A stretch of 63,119 nucleotides of DNA, the filler included, from Octopus bimaculoides (taxonomy: Eukaryota): assembly GCF_001194135.2 (NCBI RefSeq). It is 8 parts of 7 records of this genome, joined end to end, with 100 filler letters (N's around TTAATTAATTAA, not from the genome) between each part and the next. Parts side by side here need not be neighbours in the genome. Positions count along the whole stretch, not along the records: positions 1 to 19,817 come from NC_068987.1; positions 19,918 to 24,797 come from NC_068981.1; positions 24,898 to 35,477 come from NC_068982.1; 5 more parts are not named here. The stretch is one strand, 5' to 3'. A program made the position numbers and the translations under genes. The notes below the pieces were generated by a model that was not told the origin of the DNA, made no database searches, and saw nothing but the letters and a program-made list of their open reading frames with translations. Positions 12,330 to 25,030 of the stretch are shown one piece after another (the first letter of the stretch is position 1; every line of letters begins with the position of its first letter).

Positions 12330-12620
12330 CCATTTAATTAAAACTTTTCTTTAATTTAAAAAGCTGACCAAATATTTCAAGTATTGAAAGTTTTACACAT
12401 AAAATATCTTGGCATCTGTTCAGAAATCTTAAGAGGTAATGCGTTCGCTTGGAAAGTGGTAAATACAAAGCTCGGAACCCGATAGGGGGCCTGTTAACTA
12501 TTTTCTGCCTAACGTTAGTGTTTATAATCTCTGATATTGTATTGTATACCTTCCTTAGACACATCGGTAGACTAATCCAACGATACACTTAAAAACAGAT
12601 CTTATTTCAGCATATTGCCA
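12330..12620 (-). mobile_element. Possible highly decayed hAT (Charlie/Buster-like) transposase remnant
   Basis: Minus frame reads DLFLSVSLD*STDVS, similar to the hAT FSxxLDESTDVS catalytic motif. Flanking similarity is weak. Confidence 0.3.
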
Positions 12621-13529
12621 CTCGTACGTTTTTGTTATGTGTTCATCATCTCTTCTCACTTGCTTCACATGCAAAATGCTTACACAAACCTAGTCAATTA
12701 GTTGATTTCCAACGACTTAGTCTTTTTCAGCCGATTAATTTTGTCCATATTTATCAACAAAACTTGCTTTCATTTGCATAGGTGCAGTAACAAATTACAG
12801 GATTAATGAAGTAGATTATTTTTAGGAGGAGAAGAGTGTTTAATAAAGGAGGCTTGGGCCAAGAACATAACTAATTGTAAAGTTACTGAAAATTTTTATT
12901 TATGTGGATACATGCAAGATGTCTTGTTACAATTTTCCTTTGCAACATTAATAGATTTACTGGCATCAGGATAACTTGTATATGAATAAACTGAAACGTT
13001 ATGTAAATATGTGTTATTATAATTTTTACGGCGTATGCAGGTGATATTTTCATGCTAACGTATTTTGAAAGTGCTGGTTATCATTAACGCAGGCATCTTT
13101 TAACGTAGGCATCTGTACAACCAATAATCTACCAGATTCTTCGTAGTTCAGATACCCGTATTAAATTTAGCACTTAGCCAATAGGAGAATAGATATTTTC
13201 CTCCGTGTTAGATTTCCATTTGGAAATAATTTTAGAGCAAAGTAAAGCATAAACTATTCCAATGTGTCTATTTCAAGTCTTGCCTTCCTTACTATTTCTA
13301 AAACTTTATATATCATCACTGAAATTAATTACATTGAAAGTTAATGGTGCAAGGGAGAGCTTTAAAACTGGTTAATAGAAGTAGTTTTATGGACCCATAA
13401 TCTTTTATTGGAATTCCACCTGAAAAGAAAGGAATGAATTAAGCATCAATCACTTAAGTGGAAGTGTTACCAATGCGATTAGATCGACAAGGTATGAGCT
13501 AACAAATCCAACTCATTTGTGTGTGTGTG

Positions 13530-13563
<34 letters not shown>

Positions 13564-13773
13564 NNNNNNNNNNNNNNNNNNNNNNNNNNNNNNNNNNNNN
13601 NNNNNNNNNNNNNNNNNNNNNNNNNNNNNNNNNNNNNNNNNNNNNNNNNNNNNNNNNNNNNNNNNNNNNNNNNNNNNNNNNNNNNNNNNNNNNNNNNNNN
13701 NNNNNNNNNNNNNNNNNNNNNNNNNNNNNNNNNNNNNNNNNNNNNNNNNNNNNNNNNNNNNNNNNNNNNNNNN

Positions 13774-14100
13774 NTCCCAGACCGGGCGTTGTGAGTGTTT
13801 ATTGAGCGAAAACACCTAAAGCTCCACGAGGCTCCGGCAGGGGATGGTGGCGAATCCTGCTGTATTCTTCCACCACAACTTTCTCTCACTCTTACTTCCT
13901 GTTTCTGTTGTGCCTGTAATTCAAAGGGTCAGCCTTGTCACACTGTGTCACGCTGAATATCCCCGAGAACTACGTTAAGGGTACACGTGTCTGTGGAGTG
14001 CTCAGCCACTTGCACGTTAATCTCACGAGCAGGCTGTTCCGTTGATCGGATCAACTGGAACCCTCGACGTCGTAAACGACGGAGTGCCAACAACAACAAT
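13774..14100 (+). mobile_element. SINE family A, 5' end lost in gap
   Basis: Reverse complement of the 14839-15170 copy; ends in a (CAA)n tail. Confidence 0.92.
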
Positions 14101-14838
14101 ATATATATATCTGTATGTGTGTGTGGTGTGTGTGTGCGTGTGTGCGTAATTTATATATATATATGTTGTGTATGTGTACACACACATATATACACACACA
14201 TACAAACACACATATACATATGATAAATAAACTTAATAATACGGTTTCCAGCTGAATCAGACTTCGCGGGAGCCTTGGGAAAATGTCATCTACCATGCCC
14301 TTGGTTACCAATGTCTTGTGATTGAATTTGGTAGGCAGAAACGGTGCAGAAGCCCATTGTGTGTGTCTGTGTGTCGTTCGTATATGTTTAGCAATGCAGG
14401 ATGTAAATATCGGCAAGAAAACCGAATTATAGGTGCAGTTCGAATGATTACTCCTGTGATATTTGTTTTGCCCCGGTTTACACCTTGTAACCTTCACTGT
14501 CGAAAATGAAATGAACCGCTGACTAACCAAATGAAACACTGCAGTTAACGAAGCTCATGCTCATCAGTCGCTATAAAAAAATAGTAAGTAATATTGTTCG
14601 ATTCAAAATGTCGCCAAATGATATCGAATTTGCGTCAAATACTTATTTTTCTTATTGCATAATGAGAGGAAAAGAGCAGCGCTCAATTATCTTTTGGTAG
14701 GTCTCTGAGATTGGTAGGGGAAAGGAAGGAAGGCTCCACAAACCATGGAGACGTGCTTGTAAAAAAATAGACTTTGCCTAGGACTCCCAAAGTATTAGAC
14801 TGGGCGACTGATTAAGTCTGCCACTAGGAGATCAGTAT

Positions 14839-15223
14839 GTTGTTAGCACTCCGTCGCTTACGACGTCGAGGGTTCCAGTTGATCCGATCAACGGAACAGC
14901 CTGCTCGTGAAATTAACGTGCAAGTGGCTGAGCACTCCACAGACACGTGTACCCTTAACGTAGTTCTCGGGGATATTCAGCGTGACACAGTTTGACAAGG
15001 CTGGCCCTTTGAATTTCAGGCACAACAGAAACAGGAAGTAAGAGTGAAAGACAGTTGTGGTGAAAGAGTACAACAGGGTTCGCCACCATCCCTTGCCGGA
15101 GCCTCGTGGAGCTTTAGGTGTTTTCGCTCAATAAACACTCACAACGCCCGGCCTGGGAATCGATACCGCGATCCTATGACCGCGAGTCCGCTGCCCTAAC
15201 CACTGGGCCATTGCGCCTCCACT
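14839..15223 (-). mobile_element. SINE family A, full-length, tRNA(Arg)-like head, 17-bp TSD
   Basis: Minus strand starts gtggaggcgcaatggcccagtggttagggcagcggactcgcgg (box A; TCG at an anticodon-like position), with box B ggtatcgattccc. Direct repeats cactaggagat(c/a)agtat at 14822-14838 and 15224-15240. May correspond to the published octopus OR-type SINEs (not verified). Confidence 0.95.
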
Positions 15224-15793
15224 CACTAGGAGATAAGTATTGTGCAGCCGACGGCCTTAGGCACAGTTTCCGTCTATCCACTACTACTCAAACGGCTTAG
15301 GTCGACAGAACCATAGACACTTACCAAACGCAGCGCATATTCAGATCGAATATCGTCACATGTGATTGTGTGGTGAAATTCTGAAGTCCACGGCCATACT
15401 TACACACTAGTGTTTGCTTTGTGTTTGTCCGCTTTTGTTTTTATAGTGAAAATATCTCTTTAGTGCGTGGTTCCACTAGTGTTGCTGGCATTACTGGGAT
15501 CAGTGCAGGTTCATGTAGAGTCAGTTTCTTTTGTGTGCAGAAGGCTCTCAGACGGTTTTCTACTGCGACAAATATAGTACCCGAGAATTCAAACCTCCAC
15601 TACAACTTGCAGTTGAGAGCCGTTTGGAAGTTTTACCTGATTGTAGATATTTACGCGCTACTATTTATAGTTTCATCTGCTTCGAGTTTCACCGTGCCGA
15701 ACAAGAATTATTTCTCTCGAAGTTTCTAAATTCTTATGACACCAATGACATGCAGTTCTTACTGATAACAATAAAACAGAGAAATTTTTTCTA

Positions 15794-15960
15794 CTCAAGG
15801 CACAAGGCCCGAAATTTTTGAGGAGGGGGGGCACTCGATTAGATCGCCCCAGTACGTAACTGGTACTTAATTTATCGACCCCGAAAGGGTGAAAAGAAAA
15901 TTCGACCTCGGCGAAATTTGAACTAAGAACGAAAAGACAGACGAAATAAAAGACAGAGAA
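15794..15960 (-). mobile_element. SINE family C
   Basis: Reverse complement of the family C core and tail (cf. 61725-61856). Confidence 0.85.
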
Positions 15961-16132
15961 ATTCGAAGGATTGCTTTTGGTCCAATGGCAGAACGCCTTC
16001 CATGTTTCCAGGAGAAGCAGGTTCGAATCACCGAGCACACGACGACTTTTTCTATTCAAAGTTACTTTTTAACCCAATATTTACACGCTTTCATTTATAG
16101 CTTTATCTACTTCGATTTTCACCGCTCCAGAA

Positions 16133-16172
<40 letters not shown>

Positions 16173-16189
16173 TAAACGATCACAGGTCT

Positions 16190-16385
16190 TTCCCGTACCA
16201 TAGGCTCATAAAACCAACCTGGACGGGAGGTCGGTATTTCGCAGGGTTACTCATTTTTTGCAAGCTGAGTGGACAGGAGAAATATGAAATGAAGTGGTTC
16301 ACTTAAGACCACAGTACATCACCCTCGTCCAGGAATCGAAACTACAATCTTACGATCATGAGTGCAACACCCTAACCACTATGTC
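16190..16385 (-). mobile_element. SINE family D (tRNA head plus CORE-like segment)
   Basis: Minus strand has tagtggttagggtgttgcactcatgatcgtaagattgtagtttcgattcc; homologous to 32490-32682. Confidence 0.7.
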
Positions 16386-16554
16386 CCCTAATTCCATATG
16401 TGTGTGTATGTGTGTGTGTGTTAGCAAAAGAAGAGGATTACGTAACTCCTGCTGTTTATTCATTCATTTTTAACCGATTCACACTCGCGCACATATACAA
16501 GGCTGATATTTATTACACTGAATTACGTTGTTTATAGAAACAAAAATCACAACC

Positions 16555-17010
16555 CTCACCATCATCATCATCATCACCATCGTCACCACCACCATCGTTA
16601 TCATCATCATCATCATCACCATCGTCACCACCACCACCATCGTCATCATCATCATCGTCATCGTCATCGTCGTCATCGTCGTCGTCGTCATCACCACCAC
16701 CACCACCACCGTCATCATTATTGTCATCATTGTCGTCATAATCATCATCGTCATTCTTTTTTTTTTAATCGTTGTTGTCATCAGTCAAACTTTTAGTTTC
16801 AGATCTCTTCACCATGACGACGACGACGTCTGACAAAGACGAAAGAAGACTCGACTTTCACCTCCTCATCCAACTACTACTAATACTACTACCACCATCA
16901 TTACGACCACCACTATGACGACGACAACTCCTCCACCTCCAACGGCAGAAGTATCTTCCCCCTCCCCCTCACCATCTCCACTGACATTATCATCATCATC
17001 ATCATCATCA
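16555..17010. repeat. Compound trinucleotide repeats (ATC/ACC/GTC)
   Basis: Directly visible. Confidence 0.95.
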
Positions 17011-17214
17011 TGAAAATCATTCAATTCATTTGTTCATTATTAAATTTTGTGTAATTTTTTAAAAAAATGTATTATGATATATTTCTTTATATTATCAAAT
17101 ATGATCTAGCAATAATTTTCTATTAAAACAGTAATTTGGCTTTCGTCTACATTCGCTTATATACATGTGTATATATACATATACATACATTCATACATAC
17201 ATACATACATACAT

Positions 17215-17279
<65 letters not shown>

Positions 17280-17290
17280 CATATATATAC

Positions 17291-17323
<33 letters not shown>

Positions 17324-18384
17324 TATAAATGTGTGTATATATGTGTTTATATGTGTGTATATTTATACGTTTCTGTATGTATATATATACATACATACAT
17401 ATATTTATATNNNNNNNNNNNNNNNNNNNNNNNNNNNNNNNNNNNNNNNNNNNNNNNNNNNNNNNNNNNNNNNNNNNNNNNNNNNNNNNNNNNNNNNNNN
17501 NNNNNNNNNNNNNNNNNNNNNNNNNNNNNNNNNNNNNNNNNNNNNNNNNNNNNNNNNNNNNNNNNNNNNNNNNNNNNNNNNNNNNNNNNNNNNNNNNNNN
17601 NNNNNNNNNNNNNNNNNNNNNNNNNNNNNNNNNNNNNNNNNNNNNNNNNNNNNNNNNNNNNNNNNNNNNNNNNNNNNNNNNNNNNNNNNNNNNNNNNNNN
17701 NNNNNNNNNNNNNNNNNNNNNNNNNNNNNNNNNNNNNNNNNNNNNNNNNNNNNNNNNNNNNNNNNNNNNNNNNNNNNNNNNNNNNNNNNNNNNNNNNNNN
17801 NNNNNNNNNNNNNNNNNNNNNNNNNNNNNNNNNNNNNNNNNNNNNNNNNNNNNNNNNNNNNNNNNNNNNNNNNNNNNNNNNNNNNNNNNNNNNNNNNNNN
17901 NNNNNNNNNNNNNNNNNNNNNNNNNNNNNNNNNNNNNNNNNNNNNNNNNNNNNNNNNNNNNNNNNNNNNNNNNNNNNNNNNNNNNNNNNNNNNNNNNNNN
18001 NNNNNNNNNNNNNNNNNNNNNNNNNNNNNNNNNNNNNNNNNNNNNNNNNNNNNNNNNNNNNNNNNNNNNNNNNNNNNNNNNNNNNNNNNNNNNNNNNNNN
18101 NNNNNNNNNNNNNNNNNNNNNNNNNNNNNNNNNNNNNNNNNNNNNNNNNNNNNNNNNNNNNNNNNNNNNNNNNNNNNNNNNNNNNNNNNNNNNNNNNNNN
18201 NNNNNNNNNNNNNNNNNNNNNNNNNNNNNNNNNNNNNNNNNNNNNNNNNNNNNNNNNNNNNNNNNNNNNNNNNNNNNNNNNNNNNNNNNNNNNNNNNNNN
18301 NNNNNNNNNNNNNNNNNNNNNNNNNNNNNNNNNNNNNNNNNNNNNNNNNNNNNNNNNNNNNNNNNNNNNNNNNNNNNNNNNNNN

Positions 18385-18470
<86 letters not shown>

Positions 18471-18699
18471 CATACATACATACAAATATGGATACATATG
18501 TATATATATGTACATATGTACACATATATGCATATATGAATATATATATGCATGCGTAGAGCCATATTTATATTCAGACACTCACACAGACTCATGTATA
18601 CACACTCGCGCGTGTGCACACACACCTACGCACACGCACGCACACATACATACATACACACTTGCACACACTTTTGGCTTTCTATTTTGATTTCGTTGT

Positions 18700-19064
18700 T
18701 TCAGTCGGCTTATTATTATTATTATTATTATTATTTTTTTTTTCTTCAAATTTTAAAACGTGTTTACATAATAATTTTCTTTGTTCGACTTGCTGCTGAC
18801 GGTGGCAACAGCAACAATAACAACAACAGTAGCAGCAACAACAAGACTAACAAGAACAACAAAAAAGTTACAGCAAAAATACTATAAAAGGAAAGAGAAA
18901 CCAGAACAACAACGGCGATTGTGAGACCATAAGCCAATAACAACATGGACGTCTACAGCAACAATCACAAAGACATTATGAATTGAAATTAATCATAATT
19001 ATTATGACATCGTCTGGAGTGAAAAGGCGGACGGTGATGCTGACAACGACGACGATGATGATAA

Positions 19065-19096
<32 letters not shown>

Positions 19097-19428
19097 TGGT
19101 GTTGGTGGTGGAGCTAGCAGCGGCGATAATAACAAAGATAATGATGTGTTGTGATGAAGGTGGTGATGCTGCTGCTGCTCATGTTAATGATGGTGGTGGT
19201 GGGGACTGCAGCGTTCGTCATGTCATGGTGATGATGACAGTTTTTGGTAACGACGGAACTGGTGTTAATGACGATAATGAAGGGTGGGGGGGGGGAAGTG
19301 ATGAAAATGATAATGATGATGATGATGATGATGATGGTAATAACGTCGGCGTGACGTTTATTATATAAAAGAAAAATTGTCTATACCAGAATGTCAGCAA
19401 TAAAAATTCCGAAACAACAACAACAACA

Positions 19429-19486
<58 letters not shown>
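18700..19486. repeat. Mosaic of trinucleotide repeats (TTA, AAC, GAT, ACT)
   Basis: Directly visible. Confidence 0.9.
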
Positions 19487-19489
<3 letters not shown>

Positions 19490-19623
19490 TCTTTTATTAG
19501 CCACTAAGGCATTGATGAGAGGGACATCACTAGGACAGCAACAACTTGTGTGGGGATTTACATAAAGGAGGGAGAGAAAGAAATGGAAAAAAGAGACAGT
19601 GAAATGAGATAAACGTGTACATA

Positions 19624-19785
19624 GGCGCAGGAGTGTTTGCGCGGTAAATAGCTTACTTACCAACCACATGGTTCCGGGTTCAGTCCCACTGCGTGGCACC
19701 TTGGGCAAGTGTCTTCTACTATAGCCTCGTGCCGACCAAAGCCTTGTTTGTGGATTTGGTTGACGGAAACTGAAAGAAGCACGTC
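19624..19785 (+). mobile_element. SINE family B head, ending at its internal (TA)n and a gap
   Basis: Matches 7943-8095. Confidence 0.9.
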
Positions 19786-19817
19786 ATATATATGTATATA
19801 TATATATATATATATAT

Positions 19818-19917
19818 NNNNNNNNNNNNNNNNNNNNNNNNNNNNNNNNNNNNNNNNNNNNTTAATTAATTAANNNNNNNNNNNNNNNNNNNNNNNNNNN
19901 NNNNNNNNNNNNNNNNN
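19818..19917. other. Assembly gap marker N44-TTAATTAATTAA-N44 (also at 24842, 35522, 41750, 50047, 56631, 61901)
   Basis: Identical 12-mer centred in N runs seven times (44+12+44 = 100 bp where counted); the word contains stop codons in all six frames. Confidence 0.95.
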
Positions 19918-19955
<38 letters not shown>

Positions 19956-21329
19956 GTATTTATACTTATATATGGATATATATACATACATACATGTATA
20001 TATGTTTATATGAATATTAAAATAGGCATATGTATTCAAGTGTATGCTTGCAACGAGTCCTGTGTAAGACTGGCCTTACTTTTTAAGCTAATGAAAATCT
20101 GATTTATCTTCCGTATTCAGAAAATTATAACCGTTGTTCTATCGAACTTTCATGTTTGTTATAGTTGGCAGCACTTTCGATTTTTATTTTAATAGAAATT
20201 ACAATAACCTAGTTTTAGTTTCCAACTCGAAACTTTAACTGAAGCAAAACAGAAGAGAAAAGCGAAAATTGTATCCCTCGACTAGGTTTTTAAGAGTAAA
20301 CACAAGTTATTATGGGAAGAATATACGTTCGTTTCTACTAGCAGCGGCGGTTGATAAAAGTACTGTGAGAAATGTGCAGTATATTCATTTAGAAGAGTTT
20401 AAGATATATGACCTGTCTATATTCCTGCATTTATATCGTCATTTTTATCGTTTATTATTATTTTTCTCCGAATTTCTTGGAATATAAGTTCGTAAGTTAA
20501 ACTAGAATGTACGAGTAAGATTACAACATTTCACCCTGAACGCGACGCCATTGCGTCGCAGCGTTAAATTCTCAGCTATTACTGGAAATTGTTCAAATGT
20601 TGACTGTGCGAGAGCAAAGTAAAATGAAGTATTTTGCTCAAGAACCCTACGCATTGCCCTTTTCTATAACGGAAACAGCGATCTTATGTTTGTCAGTGCA
20701 GCGTCCTAGCCACTAGGTAACATGCCATCAAAATGTATGTTTATGAACTAAAGAAAACACATATATATGTCATATGATGAGATACTCATTTCATACCTAA
20801 CTTCTCGTGACCGATAGTCTTCTATTGCTGCTTTGATTATGTCTGAATTTATGCGCCTTTTCACAAGAGAGATAGTTTTAATATACGACTTACTGCTAGG
20901 TAAGATCACGCATGTTTCCTTTATACCGTATGTCAGAAGTTGGCAGTTTTCACTTATTTTTTCATTGAATACACTTAATGCCGAGGTGCTTAATATAATT
21001 TTCTTTATTTGTATGAACATTTGTCGAGTAATTGTAGTATAAAATACCCGGTAAAGTCTGATTATGATGTTCCTCATGATATTTATGCAATTCCTTACCG
21101 AGTGCACTATTTGACTTGTTAATGAATAGGAGAGAGAGATAGACCCTTATAAAAGATGGGATAAATGAGAATTTCTGATAGTCAAACCGCTGTAAGATAC
21201 ATACCAGATCTGTGAGTTGAACAAGATACAATCGTTTAAATATCGACATCTTAGTGGTAGTATGGTACAGTAAACAGAGACACAACAACTAAGACAACTG
21301 ACCTAGAAAAATTGCTAGAAAACAGGAAG

Positions 21330-21700
21330 CAATGAACAATGTCTGGTTGTACGAAGAGAAGTTAGACGTAACAAGGGGAATTAAAGATAAATGGTTTGCC
21401 AAAGTTCTGCAACGAGAGGACAAGAGGTGTAAGGTGATGTCTTTTGTAAGGATGAGTGTTGGTGCAAATCAAGATGTTATTGGGGAAATGTGCATACAAA
21501 GTTAAAGTAACGCACGAACTATCAGTGATTCCGAGATGAACGAAGAATGAAAAGGCTGCTAGGGGAGAGAAGTGAGTGTGGAGGATATGTCGAAGCGAGA
21601 GGGGTTAACCTAAGCGCACCTGACAGAGGGACCAACGATTCAAGCTGATATGTATATGATGATAACTATAGAAGTTAGCGAAAGCGATCTACTTTTATGT
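21330..21700 (+). mobile_element. RTE-clade LINE ORF fragment (endonuclease-RT linker), decayed
   Basis: Reads KWFAKVLQREDKRCKVMSFVRMSVGANQDVIGEMCI..TEGPTIQ, resembling the RTE DVxGEKCI..xEGP region. Confidence 0.6.
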
Positions 21701-21814
21701 GTGGTGCGTAAAATCCCAACATATCTGGTATTTTAGGATATGTAGAAGTCAACAGTATAATCAGTCAGGTAGAACAGAGATGTGTCATATAGAATGACAA
21801 GCGTAACAATATTA

Positions 21815-21960
21815 TCGTCGATTATTACGTAGCTGAAATTCAACCGAGGTTGACTTTGCCTTGCATCTTTTAGGGGGTTGATAAAGCAAGTACCGGTCAA
21901 GTACAGGGGCTGATGTAATCGACTTTTCCATTCCCTCAAAATCTGTTAAACCTTTGCCAA
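21815..21960 (+). mobile_element. SINE family C, decayed
   Basis: aaccgaggttgactttgccttgcatcttttaggggttgataaagcaagtacc core. Confidence 0.65.
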
Positions 21961-23125
21961 AATTTGAATCCATTATTTTCAATTAACACGAAAAACAATT
22001 CTGTAGAAAAACTACAGAGGCGTCAAACTGATCTATTGTAGTAGTAGAGTTAATAAGGAAATTAATATACTTAGATGAGTTGCAATTCAGTATAGTGCTA
22101 TGATGTGATACCGATCTTCTATACCTAGCATTCGCTGAATTTGAGAAGGGTTTGTCTGAGTAACAACCTCCCTAGTCGAATTGGTCACAAAGAAAACTAT
22201 GTTCAGATAATTGTTATATGAGAAACATCAAAAGTGTTTGCAATAATTTCAACGAGAAACCCGGCGCGTAGTTAGATCTCACTAATTCTTGCTTCCCACC
22301 TTACTACTAGACCATTGAATAACAGAAACAATACTGAGAGAAAGTAGCAGATAATAAGTGACCTCAGTAGCAATCTGGCACTTTGAAAGGATGAAAGATG
22401 AAAGCAATGCACACTTCTGCATTGTTTGAACCAAACAGTGCAAGAAAACAATAATACTTTTGCCATCGCCAACAGAAAACTTTGACATTACAACATTACG
22501 TTGGAAAGAAAATCTATCAATTCTGGTTTTCTTTTCTTAGAGACAGCTATCATTTATCCATTTATTTCTAGAGTTCATTTGAATTGTGTAGAGATGTGTA
22601 ACATTTTGAAGGTTTGATGGATAGTAAAATAGAATCTAAGAATGATGTTGAAATTGTTAAAGATATCATCACTAGGTACAGTGATTTGGAGCTCTTTGTA
22701 AGTAATGATAAGTAGCAATACTAATTCACCTGACTAATTATTTTAGTCTGAGAACACATTTTTCTAAAAAGAACACCACGTTGTATTAATATCTGAGATA
22801 TTTAGATTTACTATAATATATTCTACGATCAATATACCCGAATGTAATTGATACAGTGGCATTTGCTACGTGCAAAGATTGCCATAGACGCTTTCATTAT
22901 TTAACTCTAATTTGGTTCTAATCAAGCAGTCCTATTAACATAAGACATGTCCAATCATAATTTTCCATATCTTCTTTCATTTCTTTTCGTTTTTTTTTTT
23001 TTTGTTTTACCTAGCTTCAGTGTATCTACGATCGCATAATCCATTGTGTTCTATTATCAAGACAACAGGAAATAATTGAGGAAGTATTGGGTGATATTTC
23101 TAAAAGTTTTATTGACCATGCAGAA

Positions 23126-23370
23126 TAGGGGTATCAACAATTTTTTGCTTATGGACCCCTTTGATTCCTGTTTTACTCCGATTGACCCTCCTAGCTGCTC
23201 AATGTTTAAAAACATCCTATTTTTATAATAAAATATTATTAAGAATTGTATAAAATATTAAAATATTTTGTGTATTGTACAAGTATTACCAATTCATTAC
23301 ATATAAACTTTAACGACAAAATCTTATAAGGACCCACAACGGTCACATAGACCCCGGTTGAGAACTACAG
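23126..23370. mobile_element. hAT-type MITE
   Basis: Termini taggggtatcaac / gttgagaactacag resemble CAGxGGTTCTCAAC hAT TIRs, with subterminal ggacccc motifs. The flanking 8-mers match at 5/8 positions. Confidence 0.5.
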
Positions 23371-24904
23371 ATATAGAGGGTCCCTTGTTAGCATAGCTGT
23401 TTCGGTAGATTTCTAAACACTATAAGAACCATAAGACTCAAAACTATGTTCAATCTGTTGCACCATAAATTGTCTTGAAAAGGACAGATATCGGACTTAA
23501 AACGACTATTAAGACGACTATATGCATCTTTCTAAATGTGCTTGCTCAATGAAGCTTATTTTACTTTAGGTGCTAAAGAACTTTCCTACTTCTCAACACG
23601 AAATAGAAGCACTTCTAAGTATGAACTATATAAGAAATCGATAGATTAGTAAAGATAAATTCACGTTCTCTTCTTTTATTATGTATATTTATTCATATAT
23701 TTTTTGCGGAGACACATCGTTTTCTCTTTTTATACTTTTCTATCTTTTCTTATTAAAAATATGACTATTTTTTCGACATGTTTCCCAATATGATTTTCAA
23801 AAGATCAGAACATTATTTTTTCCCGTGTGCAAGTTCAAACGAAAGATTGCATCCACCAAAATAAATATCATATAAAAAATAATACTAAATCTAATAAAAT
23901 AAATAATTTTTCGAATTACACAGTCTATAATTCCAACGTTCTTGTGAAAGTTAAGAAAAAATGATAAATAGAATGAAATATGGGGTATACTTTTTTCAAA
24001 GAAGGAATTTGCACATAGAAAAACGCAAACAAATACATTTTAATAAAATACAAAATATATGTACACATACATATATACACACACACAGCTATGTTTATGT
24101 ATATATATGCAAGTGTGTGTATGTGTATGTGTGTGCGTGTGGGTGTGTGCGTGGCCGCTACTATCAACATAAGGATGGATAATTTTTAATAAACATTATG
24201 TATTCAAGTGGTGATAGAAATTACATGGAAAGCTAAATATAAATATATATACTCACAGACTCACAAATACACACGCACGTATATGTGAGTGTGTACGTGT
24301 GCGCGTGCGTGCGTGCGTGCCCTATATGCATACATATATTTGTATATATTCAAGCTATGCATGTACATATGTATGTATGCTTATGTATGTATGTATGTAT
24401 CTATGTATCTATGTATCTGTGCATGTGTATATATATATATATATATTCATAAGAGTGTCCATTGTCTTTATATATGCATATACTGACGTATTGCCACATA
24501 TATTTATCCAGATGTATCCATCTACTATCTATCTGCCTCTGTATATATATATATATTTATTTATTTATTTATTTATGTGTTTCAGCCAAGTGGCTGCGGT
24601 CATGCTGGTGCACCACCGTGATTTTCACGTTCCTCGCATGGCTCTTCTCCCCCACCTAACATGGTCCAATCAAGAGTTTTGATGGCACATCTGGAGTATA
24701 AGAGAATTTGATATAGCTGCCCTAAACTGCGTCTCATTACGAGCCATTGGTTCGTCTGGTACCGTGGAGAGGAAAGTGTCAAGTCTTGTCTTGAAGANNN
24801 NNNNNNNNNNNNNNNNNNNNNNNNNNNNNNNNNNNNNNNNNTTAATTAATTAANNNNNNNNNNNNNNNNNNNNNNNNNNNNNNNNNNNNNNNNNNNNGAT
24901 TACA

Positions 24905-25030
24905 ATCCCTATTGATTTGACTTTTCTTTGTGTGTCCCACCCAGCCCACCTCGAAAATGAAAAACTCTACGCTTGTATTTCGTCCAATTTCTGTGTTCAG
25001 CCCTGTGTGGCTATAATAAAAACATATCTT
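24905..25030 (+). mobile_element. Dispersed repeat 3' end (agccctgtgtggctaataaa tail), homologous to 27750-27980
   Basis: Shared aatccctattgat hairpin, aaaactctac.ttgtatt segment and tail. Confidence 0.6.

Noticed and set aside
15145-15222. tRNA-like sequences with A and B boxes (also 41460-41548 and others)
   Set aside because: They are SINE heads continuous with repeat bodies and lack a complete cloverleaf acceptor stem.
15673-16059. Minus ORF ending IILVRHGETRSR, resembling the histidine-phosphatase RHG motif
   Set aside because: Most of the ORF is a SINE C copy, the motif lacks the downstream Asn and is followed at once by a stop, and no supporting exon structure is visible.
17136-18690. 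Longest ORFs in the track (400-470 aa), and similar ones at 620-1282, 7277-8082, 50407-51549 and 53037-53864
   Set aside because: Composed of N-gap X residues and YI/CV/HT dinucleotide translations.
19862-19873. TTAATTAATTAA recurring seven times
   Set aside because: Always centred in N runs (44 N on each side where counted) and a six-frame stop word: a scaffolding marker, not a biological repeat.
20748-21288. Overlapping hydrophobic minus-strand ORFs suggestive of a receptor pseudogene (similarly 22272-22700)
   Set aside because: No diagnostic GPCR or Cys-loop motif; hydrophobic ORFs arise readily in AT-rich DNA.
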